Shown here piece by piece: positions 38,176 to 48,167 of a stretch of 64,000 nucleotides of DNA; positions within the stretch are counted from its first letter, which is position 1; each line of letters begins with the position of its first letter. Origin of the DNA: Myxococcota bacterium (GTDB lineage: Bacteria; Myxococcota_A; SURF-8; G963663525). The stretch is taken from the NCBI GenBank assembly GCA_963676915.2, contig CAXXVK010000062.1, forward strand, positions 64,001 through 128,000. Reading direction: 5' to 3'. Position numbers and translations under genes: made by a program. The notes under the pieces were generated by a model. That model saw nothing but the letters and a program-made list of their open reading frames with translations. It had not been told where the DNA came from and did not search any database.

Positions 38176-39870
38176 ATGTTGCTTAATGACGCTCGGACCA
38201 AGATTCTCATAATCTGCCTTGTGGTACTGTTTTTCTCCAGTTGTAACAGTCAAAACAGAGCAAGTCTCAACGTTGGCGATCCCGATTTACCCGATAACGA
38301 AGCCGAAGAGAATCCGCCTTCGGAAGAATCTGAAGGGGTTATACATAGCTGTCCGGAAGGCGAAAAGGTCGGAGATCCATGTTCCGAGGTGTCCGATTGT
38401 GCTGCTGAAGAATTCTGCGGTCCCACTCCAACGGATTTTCATTACGAATGTTCGTTTTCGGGTCTATGCCGAACCGTGGAAGATACGAATCCTTCCGACA
38501 ACGATTTTGATGACTCTGAAAATGTCTGTGATGAATCCCGGCTATGCACGGAAGATGTAAACCTCTGTAAATACGACGAGTTACAGAGATCTTGCCGTCA
38601 AGTACAATGCGTTGACGGGTGCCTTCAAACCGTTCGACAAACGGCTACAGGACAAGTCGGCTACTGCGAAGGTGGCGAGGGCGAGCAGGGAACTTGTGTC
38701 GTGTGCGATTCCTACCAAAACGGTTTGTATTACGGGTGCAAAAATCCTCACGATGACAAGGTGGACGCCGTAACTCCTTACGACAAGGAAGGTTTTGTTT
38801 CCTACGAAGGTCCTAGAGGAGAGCTTAATCCAGAGGATTCGTGGAGTAATCTCCTGAAACCGGGGGAACGAAGATTATCCTCCTTCGGGATGGCCGACGG
38901 TCTCGAACCTCACGATATGCATGGAGAACTCGTTACATGGTGCTATGGACAGCTTGGTTTTTTGTATGTTTACAATATTTCCACCAATTGGGTTCAGGAA
39001 ATCCGAATCGAGGCACTTCCCCATCTCTGCTGGTGGGTATCCACCGATGGGGAAAAAATCTATGCCGATACTAGCCGTCCCGACACTTCGTTGGAAACAG
39101 ATATTGTTGAAATTGATTTAAAGACAGGCATATGGCGTATTTTAGATGAGCATACCCAGGAGGCAACAAGTCTTAACCAAATTTTCGCTCGCAATGGGCG
39201 AGTGGTTTGGTCTCATTATACAGTTACGAAAGAAAGCCAAATCGCATCGCTTACTTTGCAAACCAATGAGTTTAAAGTAATTACTGATCGACCCTATGCA
39301 CAGCATAGCCCACGATTGTTCAACGATACTTTGGTTTGGGTGGAACACTCCGGAACCGGCAAATCAGGGATTCTTTCCTATGATTACATTTCCAATCAAC
39401 TAAGTGTTATCGATGGTACCGTTGAAGTTGATTATATCAATCGTTCGGCGCCGATGGCGTTTGAAGATCATATCGTCTGGTTTACATCGGATCCAATCTT
39501 GTACCATCAGGAAAAACAGTATGAAATCTATATGCATACACTTTCTACCCAGCAGACAGAGATGATACCGACGATAGGTATAGTTTCCGATCCTTATGGT
39601 GACGACGATCTACTTACTTGGTTCGAATCAACAGAAGAACACTATAACAGTATTCGGCTGATGAAGCTTGATACTGGCGATCAATTCTGGCTCGATGACC
39701 CCGCGTGGACGGGTCGGAGAAGTGATCCGCTTATTGCCGGTCGCTGGCTTGTATACCTCGAAGCAGGACGTTTCCCCAAGCTTGAAGGATTTCCTTTGGG
39801 ATATGACGTGATTTTGTACGACCTTTGCGAACATGAAGAGGTTCAAGGCATGGCTCGGTGTGATCAATAA
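38176..39870 (+). CDS. Lipoprotein with Cys-rich N-terminus and beta-propeller-like C-terminus
   Basis: Lipobox FSS-C; Cys-rich segment; repeated P....d.lVW blades. Confidence 0.7.
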   Translation: MLLNDARTKILIICLVVLFFSSCNSQNRASLNVGDPDLPDNEAEENPPSEESEGVIHSCPEGEKVGDPCSEVSDCAAEEFCGPTPTDFHYECSFSGLCRTVEDTNPSDNDFDDSENVCDESRLCTEDVNLCKYDELQRSCRQVQCVDGCLQTVRQTATGQVGYCEGGEGEQGTCVVCDSYQNGLYYGCKNPHDDKVDAVTPYDKEGFVSYEGPRGELNPEDSWSNLLKPGERRLSSFGMADGLEPHDMHGELVTWCYGQLGFLYVYNISTNWVQEIRIEALPHLCWWVSTDGEKIYADTSRPDTSLETDIVEIDLKTGIWRILDEHTQEATSLNQIFARNGRVVWSHYTVTKESQIASLTLQTNEFKVITDRPYAQHSPRLFNDTLVWVEHSGTGKSGILSYDYISNQLSVIDGTVEVDYINRSAPMAFEDHIVWFTSDPILYHQEKQYEIYMHTLSTQQTEMIPTIGIVSDPYGDDDLLTWFESTEEHYNSIRLMKLDTGDQFWLDDPAWTGRRSDPLIAGRWLVYLEAGRFPKLEGFPLGYDVILYDLCEHEEVQGMARCDQ

Positions 39871-40066
39871 AATCATAGAAGGAGTTTTCAAAAAGTTGTT
39901 GTCTTAAAAACCATCCTACCTAAGCAACAAATTCCTTTGGATGCTCCTTGCAACATCCTTCAGGAGACATCCCTCCTTGAAAAATTCGAAATAAGGCAAA
40001 TACTATAGGAATCATAGCGAGTTTCGTACAGTATAGGCCGTATTCCCTTTTCCTTGGAGTAGCTCG

Positions 40067-42785
40067 ATGGCAACACCGATCCAAGATTCCTTTCATACCC
40101 TGACGCCGCTTTCCACCTCGGAAGGCACGCACCACTTTTTCAACCTGCAACGCCTGACCGAAGAAGGTTTGGGCGATGTCGACCGCTTTCCGTACTCGAT
40201 CAAAGTCCTGGTCGAATCCGTTCTTCGTGGCGAAAACGGCAGAGAAATCACCCGTGAGGACGTTGTCCGTATCGCGGCTTACGATCCCGCCGACCCGGGA
40301 ACGAAGGAAATCCCCTTCAGTCCTGCCCGAGTGCTGTTGCAGGATTTTACGGGTGTTCCGGCTGTGGTCGATCTGGCCGCCATGCGAAATGCCATGTCTC
40401 GTGCCGGTGGCGATCCCCAGCGAATCAATCCCCTCGTACCGGTTGATCTGGTCATCGACCACTCGGTCCAGGTGGATGCCTTTCGCGACCCGTCGGCGAT
40501 TATCTTCAATCAAAACAAGGAGATGGAGCGCAATCAAGAGCGCTACCGCTTCCTTCGATGGGGGCAACAGGCATTCGATAATTTCGGCGTGGTGCCGCCG
40601 GGCAACGGCATTGTGCATCAGGTCAATCTCGAATATCTCGCCCGAGTGGTTCGAAAAGAGACGCGAGATACGCAAACGTTGCTGTTCTCGGATTCTCTTG
40701 TCGGGACCGACTCCCACACAACGATGATCAACGGTCTGGGCGTGCTGGGTTGGGGAGTGGGTGGTATCGAAGCCGAAGCGGTAATGCTGGGTCAACCCTA
40801 CTACATGACTCCGCCAAAAGTCGTCGGATTGCGCCTGTCGGGACAACTGCCCGAGGGGGCGACCGCTACAGACCTTGTGCTGGCTGTTACCCAGGTCTTG
40901 CGTCACCATGGCGTTGTGGGGCAATTCGTCGAATTCTTCGGACCGGGACTGAAAAACCTGTCTCTTCCGGATCGGGCAACGCTTGCCAACATGGCGCCGG
41001 AATATGGTGCGACGGTAGGCTTTTTCCCGGTGGATGACGAAACGCTTCGTTACCTGGAGTTGTCCGGGCGTTCGAAAGAACAGATCGAGATGATTGAAGC
41101 CTATACCAAAGCTCAGGGCTTGTTTGCCTCCGACGATCGCCCCGAACCTATCTACGGGAAACGCTGGACTTCGATCTCGGAAGCGTCGAGCCGTCGTTGG
41201 CCGGTCCCAAACGGCCACAGGATCGGATCCCGGTTTCTCGTCTGCAAAGCGACTGGAAAACGTTGCTGGAAGCGCCGCAAGGAAAACGGGGATTCGAGCT
41301 TGGCAAGGAAGATCTGGGACGAGAAGCGAATGTTGTGTGGGAGGATGGTCAGGAGGAGACGGTCCGCCACGGTTCGGTGGTGATTGCCGCGATTACGAGT
41401 TGCACGAACACAAGCAACCCTTCGGTGATGATCGCCGCCGGTCTTGTCGCGAAAAAGGCAGTGGAGCGCGGGTTGACGGTTCGTAAGCATGTCAAAACAA
41501 GTCTCGCGCCGGGTTCGAAAGTCGTGACCGAATACCTGAACCGAAGCGGCCTGACATCCTACCTCGACACGTTAGGGTTCAATCTCGTTGGATATGGCTG
41601 CACGACCTGTATCGGCAACAGCGGACCGCTGCCCGAACCGGTAACCAAAGCCATTCGGGACGGTGAACTTGTGGCGGCGAGCGTGCTTTCGGGCAATCGC
41701 AATTTCGAAGGTCGAGTGCATCAGCATGTCAAGGCCAACTTCCTGGCTTCTCCTCCGCTCGTGGTGGCTTATGCACTGGCGGGAACGGTGGATCTCGACC
41801 TCTCGACGCAGCCTATCGGCAAAGATCGCGACGGCTCGCCCGTGTACCTGAAAGACCTCTGGCCCTCCAATGAAGAGATCCGGGCTGTTGTTGCGGACGC
41901 GCTTCGTCCCGAGCTTTTCCTTAGTGAATACAAGAACATAGAAGAAGGAAACGCCGAGTGGAACGGCATTGCCGTCGAAAGCGGCAACCTCTACCCTTGG
42001 GATGTGGAGAGCACCTACATTCGGGAGCCTCCGTTTTTTGCGACCTTTCGAGCAAGGAACCGGGCTTGTCTTCCATCGAAAACGCCCGGTTGCTGGTGGC
42101 TGTCGGGGACAGCACGACGACCGACCACATCAGCCCGGCCGGTGCGATCAAGGCCGATAGCCCCGCTGGAAAATATCTGGTGGAGAAAGGGATTTTTCAA
42201 GAGAATTTCAACTCTTACGGAAGTCGTAGAGGGAATGATGAAGTCATGACGCGGGGGACGTTTGCCAACGTCCGTTTGAAAAACCGATTGGCTCCCGGCA
42301 CCGAAGGAGGATGGACCACACACTTCCCCACCGGTGAGGTGGTATCGATCTTCGAAGCGGCTCAACGTTATCGAAAAGAACGCACGTCGCTGCTCGTCAT
42401 TGCCGGAAAAGATTACGGCATGGGGTCCAGTCGCGATTGGGCGGCGAAGGGGACGTATCTTCTTGGAATCAAAGCGGTTATCGCGCAATCCTTCGAGAGA
42501 ATTCACCGCTCCAACCTGGTCGGAATGGGCGTTTTGCCGCTGGTGTTCGAGGCGGGCGATTCCTTCGAAAGTCTCGGTCTGAAGGGAGACGAACGTTTCC
42601 GGCTGGAGGTGCCCGAGACGCTGACGCCGGGGCAGTCTCTTACGGTGGAAGCTACGGGAGAGGATGGAATTCCTAAACGATTCCAGGTGGTTTGCCGTCT
42701 GGATACCGAAGTTGAAATCGACTATTACCGCAACGGCGGTATTCTTCATACGGTGCTGCGGCGAATGATTGCCGAAAGCTGCTGA
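40067..42785 (+). CDS. acnA: Aconitate hydratase A, split by two apparent frameshifts (~41158, ~42040)
   Basis: [51 protein letters not shown] and [10 protein letters not shown] motifs across three frames. Confidence 0.93.
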
Positions 42786-42800
42786 CGAGGATCGAAAAGC

Positions 42801-42905
42801 CGGGCACAATGTGACGAAACACGGGGATTTTGTGACGAAACACGGGCACAATGTTCCTCGTTTTCGTCACATTGTGACGATTTTCAGCCCATTGTGACGG
42901 TGTTT
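42801..42905. repeat. About five degenerate 21-bp-period repeats with TGTGACG core
   Basis: TGTGACG at 42810, 42831, 42873 and 42893, a degenerate unit at 42852, and an inverted CGTCACA at 42865. Confidence 0.8.
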
Positions 42906-42950
42906 TGCCGGTCTAAAAGCATTTTAAATGGAGAACCTGATTCTTTTCTT

Positions 42951-42979
42951 TTGACAGCCTCGTTTCGCATCCTTACACT
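42951..42979 (+). promoter_or_regulatory. Sigma70-like promoter of pfk
   Basis: TTGACA-17 bp-TACACT. Confidence 0.65.
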
Positions 42980-43066
42980 AAGACGGAAAATGATGCCGGG
43001 GGATAATTCACTTCAACAGGTGGAGAGGTGGGTTTTTTCTATATTTTATTGGAAGGTAATGAAATC

Positions 43067-44351
43067 ATGACCAACAAGAAAAAGACGACCGAACCGTCCG
43101 AGAAGAAAGATCTGCTCAGTGATATTCGAAAATTCCGCTCGATCGGACAAAAGCGTGTGGGAATGCTGTTTTCCGGTGGTCCCGCTCCGGGTGCCAATGC
43201 GGTGATCGCTACGGCGACGATCCAATTTCTCAACGACGGCTGGGAAGTCATCGGCTTTTATAAAGGATACGAAAACCTTGCCCAATTCGACCGCGAGAAA
43301 CCGCGTCTGTTCAAGGAAGGCGAGCACTTCGTACGGTTGAATTACGATCACGTCACGAAGATCCGCCAGTTGGGTGGCTGCCTGTTGAAGACGGCCCGCA
43401 CCAATCCTTCCAAAGTAAGCGGCAAGGAAATCAAGAAAATGGAGCACCTCGCCGATCCCGCCCACACCGGGGATCTGTACAAAGTGCTCGATGCCATGGA
43501 ATATCTGGGCATTCAGGCGCTGGTATCCATCGGTGGTGACGACACGCTGAAGACCGCGTACTATCTCAGCCTGCTGGGTGTTCCCACGGTGCACGTTCCA
43601 AAAACCATCGACAACGACTACTTCGGTATTCCGTGGACTTTCGGGTATTTTACAGCCATCGAGCGTGCCCGTCAGGAAATCAAGGTTTACAACCAGGAAG
43701 CCTACACCACCGACTGCTATTTCGTGCTCGAACTGATGGGTCGCAAGGCCGGTTGGTATACGCTGGGAGCGGGTATCGCGGGTGAGGCGGTGCGAATGAT
43801 CGGCCCGGAGGATTACGATTCCGGCTTCGATCTCGACGAGTTGGTCAACGATCTGCTGAATATGATCGAAACCCGCAAGAAAAACGGCAAGAACTATGGT
43901 GTCATTACGGTGTCCGAAGGTCTGGCCGACAAGCTGCCCGACGACATGAAGGCCGGAACGGTAGACGAGCACGGCAACCTGAAACTTTCGGAATCGAAGA
44001 TCGGCGAAATTTTGGGGAAAACGCCTCAAAGAAGGCTACCTGAAACGTTTTGGACACAAACTCACGGTCAAAAGCGAAACCATCGGGTACACCACCCGCT
44101 GCACCGAGCCGTCCGCCTTTGACGTGCTGTTGGGTTCCCAGTTGGGAATGGGCGCGTTCCGCTTCATCAAAGACGGCAAGAACGCCCACATGGTCAGTGT
44201 TGGGGATAACCTCGAAATCCACGACGTTCCGTTCCCGGAACTGATCGACCCCAAAACCTTCAAAACCAAACTACGCTTCGTCCCACGGGAAGGCGATTTC
44301 TACAAGCTGGCAAAATCCCTGGAGTATCGGGCGGTTTCTAGCGAAGGCTGA
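43067..44351 (+). CDS. pfkA: 6-phosphofructokinase (likely PPi-dependent), apparent frameshift near 44015-44021
   Basis: SGGPAPGAN, IGGDDT, PKTIDND and MGRKAG motifs. C-terminus (IGYTTRC..PSAFD) lies in a shifted frame after GGGGAAAA. Confidence 0.85.
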
Positions 44352-44374
44352 AAATAGGGTAGCCTGACATTTTC

Positions 44375-44414
44375 AACGCCTGAACCGGGAGGCTCCCGGT
44401 TCAGGCGTTTTTTT
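44375..44414 (+). terminator. Rho-independent terminator of pfk
   Basis: AACGCCTGAACCGGGA-ggc-TCCCGGTTCAGGCGTT perfect stem followed by a T-run. Confidence 0.9.
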
Positions 44415-44451
44415 ATTTTCTACTATTTTCAATGTTTTTAACAGAAGGAAG

Positions 44452-44512
44452 TTGAGTGATTTTACCTGATAATTTCCGAAAAGACCCCATCTTGCCAGGT
44501 AAAATCATTCAA
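44452..44512. repeat. 17-bp inverted repeat upstream of RAYT
   Basis: TTGAGTGATTTTACCTG ... CAGGTAAAATCATTCAA (16/17 match, 27-bp spacer). Confidence 0.6.
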
Positions 44513-44560
44513 TCTCCAAATTGACATCAATTCTTTTTCCCGGATTTATAAGAAGTAGAT

Positions 44561-45244
44561 GTAGGTCGGGTGATTTCACCCGACAAAACGCAATACGTTG
44601 TTTTCATATCGATAAAATGGTTTTCCCCATCGAAAATCTCTTGGATTTTTGACTGAAAAAAATGTACTCTATCTTGCATGAAAGATCTAAGTCGATTGTA
44701 TGTTAATGGTGTAACGCATTTCTTTACCGTTGTTACCGATCAACGACGCCCGATATTATGTGACGCCCCCTTGCGTAGCAATTTGCGAAATGCTTTGCAA
44801 AGAGTTCGAATGAATTACCCATTCGAGATTGTAGCTTGGGTTTTATTGCCGGATCATCTTCATACCATATGGTCTCTGCCTAAAAACGATCCCGACTATT
44901 CTACCCGATGGCGACTGGTGAAAGGAATTGTTTCTCATCAGATGAAGAGCCGTTTGGATTTGGACAGATGCCGCTCGCAAAGTCAAATTCGGAAAGGGGA
45001 AAGCGGGTTATGGCAGCATCGTTTTTTGGAGCACACCATAAGGGATGAAAATGATTTCTCCCGTCACTTTGATTACATTCATTTCAATCCAATAAAGCAT
45101 GGTTTGGATGAAAATCCTGATGAATGGAAATGGTCAACGTATCACAGATATTTGAAACATGGTTATTACGGAGAACACCGACAATTGTTTGATTCGAATG
45201 TTGATGCTGAATGAAAAGCAATGTCGAGTGAAATCACCCGACCT
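44561..45244 (+). mobile_element. REPtron: RAYT gene flanked by inverted REPs
   Basis: Left REP GTAGGTCGGGTGATTTCACCCGACA (44561-44585); right inverted REP TGTCGAGTGAAATCACCCGACCT (45222-45244). Confidence 0.85.
44678..45214 (+). CDS. rayT: REP-associated tyrosine transposase (RAYT/TnpA-REP, Y1 HUH)
   Basis: FFTVVT, LPDHLH (HUH), WQHRFLEHTIRDE and YIHFNPIKHGL (catalytic Tyr) motifs. Confidence 0.93.
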   Translation: MKDLSRLYVNGVTHFFTVVTDQRRPILCDAPLRSNLRNALQRVRMNYPFEIVAWVLLPDHLHTIWSLPKNDPDYSTRWRLVKGIVSHQMKSRLDLDRCRSQSQIRKGESGLWQHRFLEHTIRDENDFSRHFDYIHFNPIKHGLDENPDEWKWSTYHRYLKHGYYGEHRQLFDSNVDAE

Positions 45245-45266
45245 GATGTGAGGGAGGAAAGAAATT

Positions 45267-46517
45267 GTGAAAATAACGCGTAAGCACCTTAAAAAGAATC
45301 CCATTAAGGCCAGGAAAACAAACCAATGGTTACACACTTTAAATAGATCTCCCTTTGTAGGACGATTCGCTTCTGCATATCAAGAGCTAAACGACATGTC
45401 TAGCGAATGTTTTTGGTGTGGGATAGGAAAGCTGTTTGTCTTTTTGCTGATTATTGCAGTGTTTTGGGGTGGCTTGCTGTCTAGCAGCTTGAAGATACTT
45501 GATTTGTTTGATGTGAAATTACGAGTTGATGACGATATCAAAATTGTTGGTAACGCCACTAAATACGGAGATACGTATAGCTATTTTGTTCACGCTGCAA
45601 GTACGTGGACAAATACCGGAATAAAATTGAATAACGGCGAGAGTATCAAAGTTGAAAACATTCTAGGAAAAGTGACTACAGGCTTACCAATTCCCGCAGA
45701 GTTTTACGGGCAGCTAAATAGTGTATGTGAATATGAGGGGCTAATTGCGGATCTAGACGCTTGTGAAAAATTTAGAGAATGCAGGAATAAACAATTCAAA
45801 GAAAATTTAAAAGAGGCGTGTGATGATAAAAGAAAGCATTGCATGATTGCATATGACGTAGTTTGCAAAGGTTTTAGTTTGATCGAAATTCTTGAAAATT
45901 ACGACTATTCTATTTCTTCTCAGACCAATCAATATTGTGACGAAAAGAGATGTTACACATTAGAAAATCAACAACTTAGCAACGAGAAAAAACAAGAAAA
46001 ATGTGGCGAGGCGTACTATAAGAATTACTATCCTGATGATTACGAAAAAATCATTCAATTTCCTCTTAAGAGTCTAGGATTAAGTTGTTCTCAAATAAAC
46101 GTAGTATCTAGATTTTTTTCACGTTATGCACGGCATAACTTTGTAGACTGGCATGGTCAAAAAGAGGAAAGTTACGTAGATAAAGATCGAGAACGACCTT
46201 TGCCGCAGTTGCCAGACTCGAAGGAATACTATGGTAAATTCGGGAAAAAATTTCCTCATTACTCTATTGATACGAATATGGTGGAAAAGAGTTATCCACA
46301 TGGAGCTCTCCTTATAGGATATACTGAGGATAGAGAAGATGAGTGTTGCAAAAAAATGCTAAAGTCAAAAAGACTAAAACAAGTAAAAAATAATAAAATT
46401 TACGATCTGCCCAAGGAATTATCAACTGGAGGATATATTTGCTTTGTAGTAAACGATGTAGATCAATTTCGAGGGAGTAACATAGGATTTTTCCAAATTC
46501 TTTTTCGAAAAAAGTAG
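45267..46517 (+). CDS. AT-rich membrane-anchored protein with possible PA-IL/LecA-like lectin fold split by a Cys-rich insert
   Basis: TM helix; WTNTGIKL..G..I.V and, about 200 aa later, GALLIG...ICFVVND...SNIGFF. Start uncertain. Confidence 0.55.
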   Translation: MKITRKHLKKNPIKARKTNQWLHTLNRSPFVGRFASAYQELNDMSSECFWCGIGKLFVFLLIIAVFWGGLLSSSLKILDLFDVKLRVDDDIKIVGNATKYGDTYSYFVHAASTWTNTGIKLNNGESIKVENILGKVTTGLPIPAEFYGQLNSVCEYEGLIADLDACEKFRECRNKQFKENLKEACDDKRKHCMIAYDVVCKGFSLIEILENYDYSISSQTNQYCDEKRCYTLENQQLSNEKKQEKCGEAYYKNYYPDDYEKIIQFPLKSLGLSCSQINVVSRFFSRYARHNFVDWHGQKEESYVDKDRERPLPQLPDSKEYYGKFGKKFPHYSIDTNMVEKSYPHGALLIGYTEDREDECCKKMLKSKRLKQVKNNKIYDLPKELSTGGYICFVVNDVDQFRGSNIGFFQILFRKK

Positions 46518-46561
46518 ATTCTGGTTTGTGATTGCCTGAATAAATCAACATCATCTGAGAT

Positions 46562-46631
46562 GGAGTGCGATTGTATCGTGCTCCACATGTTTTGGATTGA
46601 AAACCCCTTCGAGCAGGATGCAATCCTGCTC
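46562..46631. repeat. Inverted palindrome doublet (REP-doublet family 2, copy 2)
   Basis: GGAGTGCGAT-TGT-ATCGTGCTCC, 26-bp spacer, then GAGCAGGAT-GCA-ATCCTGCTC. Confidence 0.65.
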
Positions 46632-46700
46632 GATCTCTTGCAAACGATGAGATAGCCCGACTCGTGGTATTTTTATTCTAAGGTTCCCTGCCCTACTCTC

Positions 46701-48167
46701 CTATTCGTAGAAGCATTGGTAGGTGTAATCCACGCAAGAATCCACGACTCCATCGCAATCGTTGTCGTTGGATTCTTTCAGCACGTTCCCCAGTTCGTCG
46801 AGGGTATATGTTTTGCAACTGTTCGGCGTTTCGTCGTCGCAATCGCTGTCGTTCTGTTCGGTCAACCGATTGCCCTTGTCGTCGTAGGTGTAGGACCGGC
46901 AACTCTCATCCGGTGTGCCATCGCAATCGGGGTCAAGGGAATAGCTCAACTCGTTGCCCTGAACATCGTATGCGTAGGACGCGCAATTTGCATCCGGCGT
47001 GCCATCGCAATCGTCGTCATTGGAATAACTCAGTGGGTTTCCTGAGTCATTGTACGCAGAATTATTGCAAGTTTCCGGCGTACCGTCGCAATCGCTGTCA
47101 TGGGAATAGCTCGTCCGGCATCCAAGATCATCGTAGGTGTAGGTCTTGCAATGGTCGTCCGGCGTGCCATCGCAGTCGCTATCCAACGTCTCCGTCAACT
47201 CATTCCCCTGGTCGTCGTACGTGTTGGTGTAACATGAATCCGGTGTACCGTCGCAATCGTCGTCAAGCTGTTTCGTCAACTCATTCCCCATGTCGTCATA
47301 GGTAAAGGTTTGGCAATTGTTCGGTGTCCCGTCGCAGTTGCTGTCCACCTTTCTCGTCAATTTATTCCCCATGTCGTCGTAGGTATTGGTCAGGCAATTA
47401 TCCGGTGAGCCGTCGCAGTCGAAATCATAGAAATCCGTCAGCATGTTCCCCTGATCGTCGAACGTTTTAGTATCGCACAAACGATCCGGGGTGCCGTCGC
47501 AATCGTTGTCTGTTTGTGTCGTCAATTGATTCCCCAAGGTGTTGTACGTATTGGTTACGCAACCTATATCGAAGGTGCCATCGCAATCGCTGTCCTGTTT
47601 AATTGTCAATTGGTTTCCTTGAGTGTCGTACGTATACGTGTAGCAATTTCTATCCGGCACGCCATCGCCATCGACATCCAATTGAACGGTCAGTATGTTC
47701 CCATTGTCATCGTAGGTAAAGGAATGACAAACATCCGTCACTCCGTCGCAATCGTTGTCAACTTCCGCGGTCAGTTTATTGCCATTTTCATCGTAGGAAA
47801 GACTTTGGCAAGTTTCCGGCGTTCCGTCGCATTCCACATCCGAACCGCTTGTCAGTATCAAACAGTACTGCTCCGGCACACTTTCCTCTTCTGCCTCGGC
47901 AACGTCTTCCTCGGTTTCTTCCTCATCGCCATCGGCAAGGTCTTCTTCGGCATCGACGAGATCTTCCTCTGCCTCCACGATGTCTTCCTCGGTTGTCGTA
48001 TCGCCATCAGCAAGAACTTCTTCCCATGCGTCATCCTCGACCTCATCGATATCGGCCTCTGGGTTCTCCTGCGTGTTGTTTTTGTCGTCGCTGCATCCGA
48101 TATTCAATCCCAGACACAGAACCAAGACGAGTACGAATGTACTACCAAGAATAACCTTCCGTTTCAT
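46701..48167 (-). CDS. Lipoprotein with acidic tether and about 14 YD-like/DxDCDG repeats
   Basis: Lipobox NIG-C; 27-28 aa repeats DxDCDGTPDxCxTxTYDDxGNxLT. Confidence 0.85.
   Translation of the reverse strand: MKRKVILGSTFVLVLVLCLGLNIGCSDDKNNTQENPEADIDEVEDDAWEEVLADGDTTTEEDIVEAEEDLVDAEEDLADGDEEETEEDVAEAEEESVPEQYCLILTSGSDVECDGTPETCQSLSYDENGNKLTAEVDNDCDGVTDVCHSFTYDDNGNILTVQLDVDGDGVPDRNCYTYTYDTQGNQLTIKQDSDCDGTFDIGCVTNTYNTLGNQLTTQTDNDCDGTPDRLCDTKTFDDQGNMLTDFYDFDCDGSPDNCLTNTYDDMGNKLTRKVDSNCDGTPNNCQTFTYDDMGNELTKQLDDDCDGTPDSCYTNTYDDQGNELTETLDSDCDGTPDDHCKTYTYDDLGCRTSYSHDSDCDGTPETCNNSAYNDSGNPLSYSNDDDCDGTPDANCASYAYDVQGNELSYSLDPDCDGTPDESCRSYTYDDKGNRLTEQNDSDCDDETPNSCKTYTLDELGNVLKESNDNDCDGVVDSCVDYTYQCFYE

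Noticed and set aside
39920-41218. Long antisense ORFs (also 18501-19613, 43046-44029, 51139-52080, 62763-63404)
   Set aside because: They are shadow frames opposite well-supported genes and have no recognisable motifs.
40067-42785. Programmed ribosomal frameshifting in acnA
   Set aside because: There is no canonical slippery heptamer with a stimulator, and similar indels in unrelated genes point to sequencing error.
42801-42905. CRISPR array
   Set aside because: The period is only 21 bp with no unique spacers, and there are no cas genes in the window.
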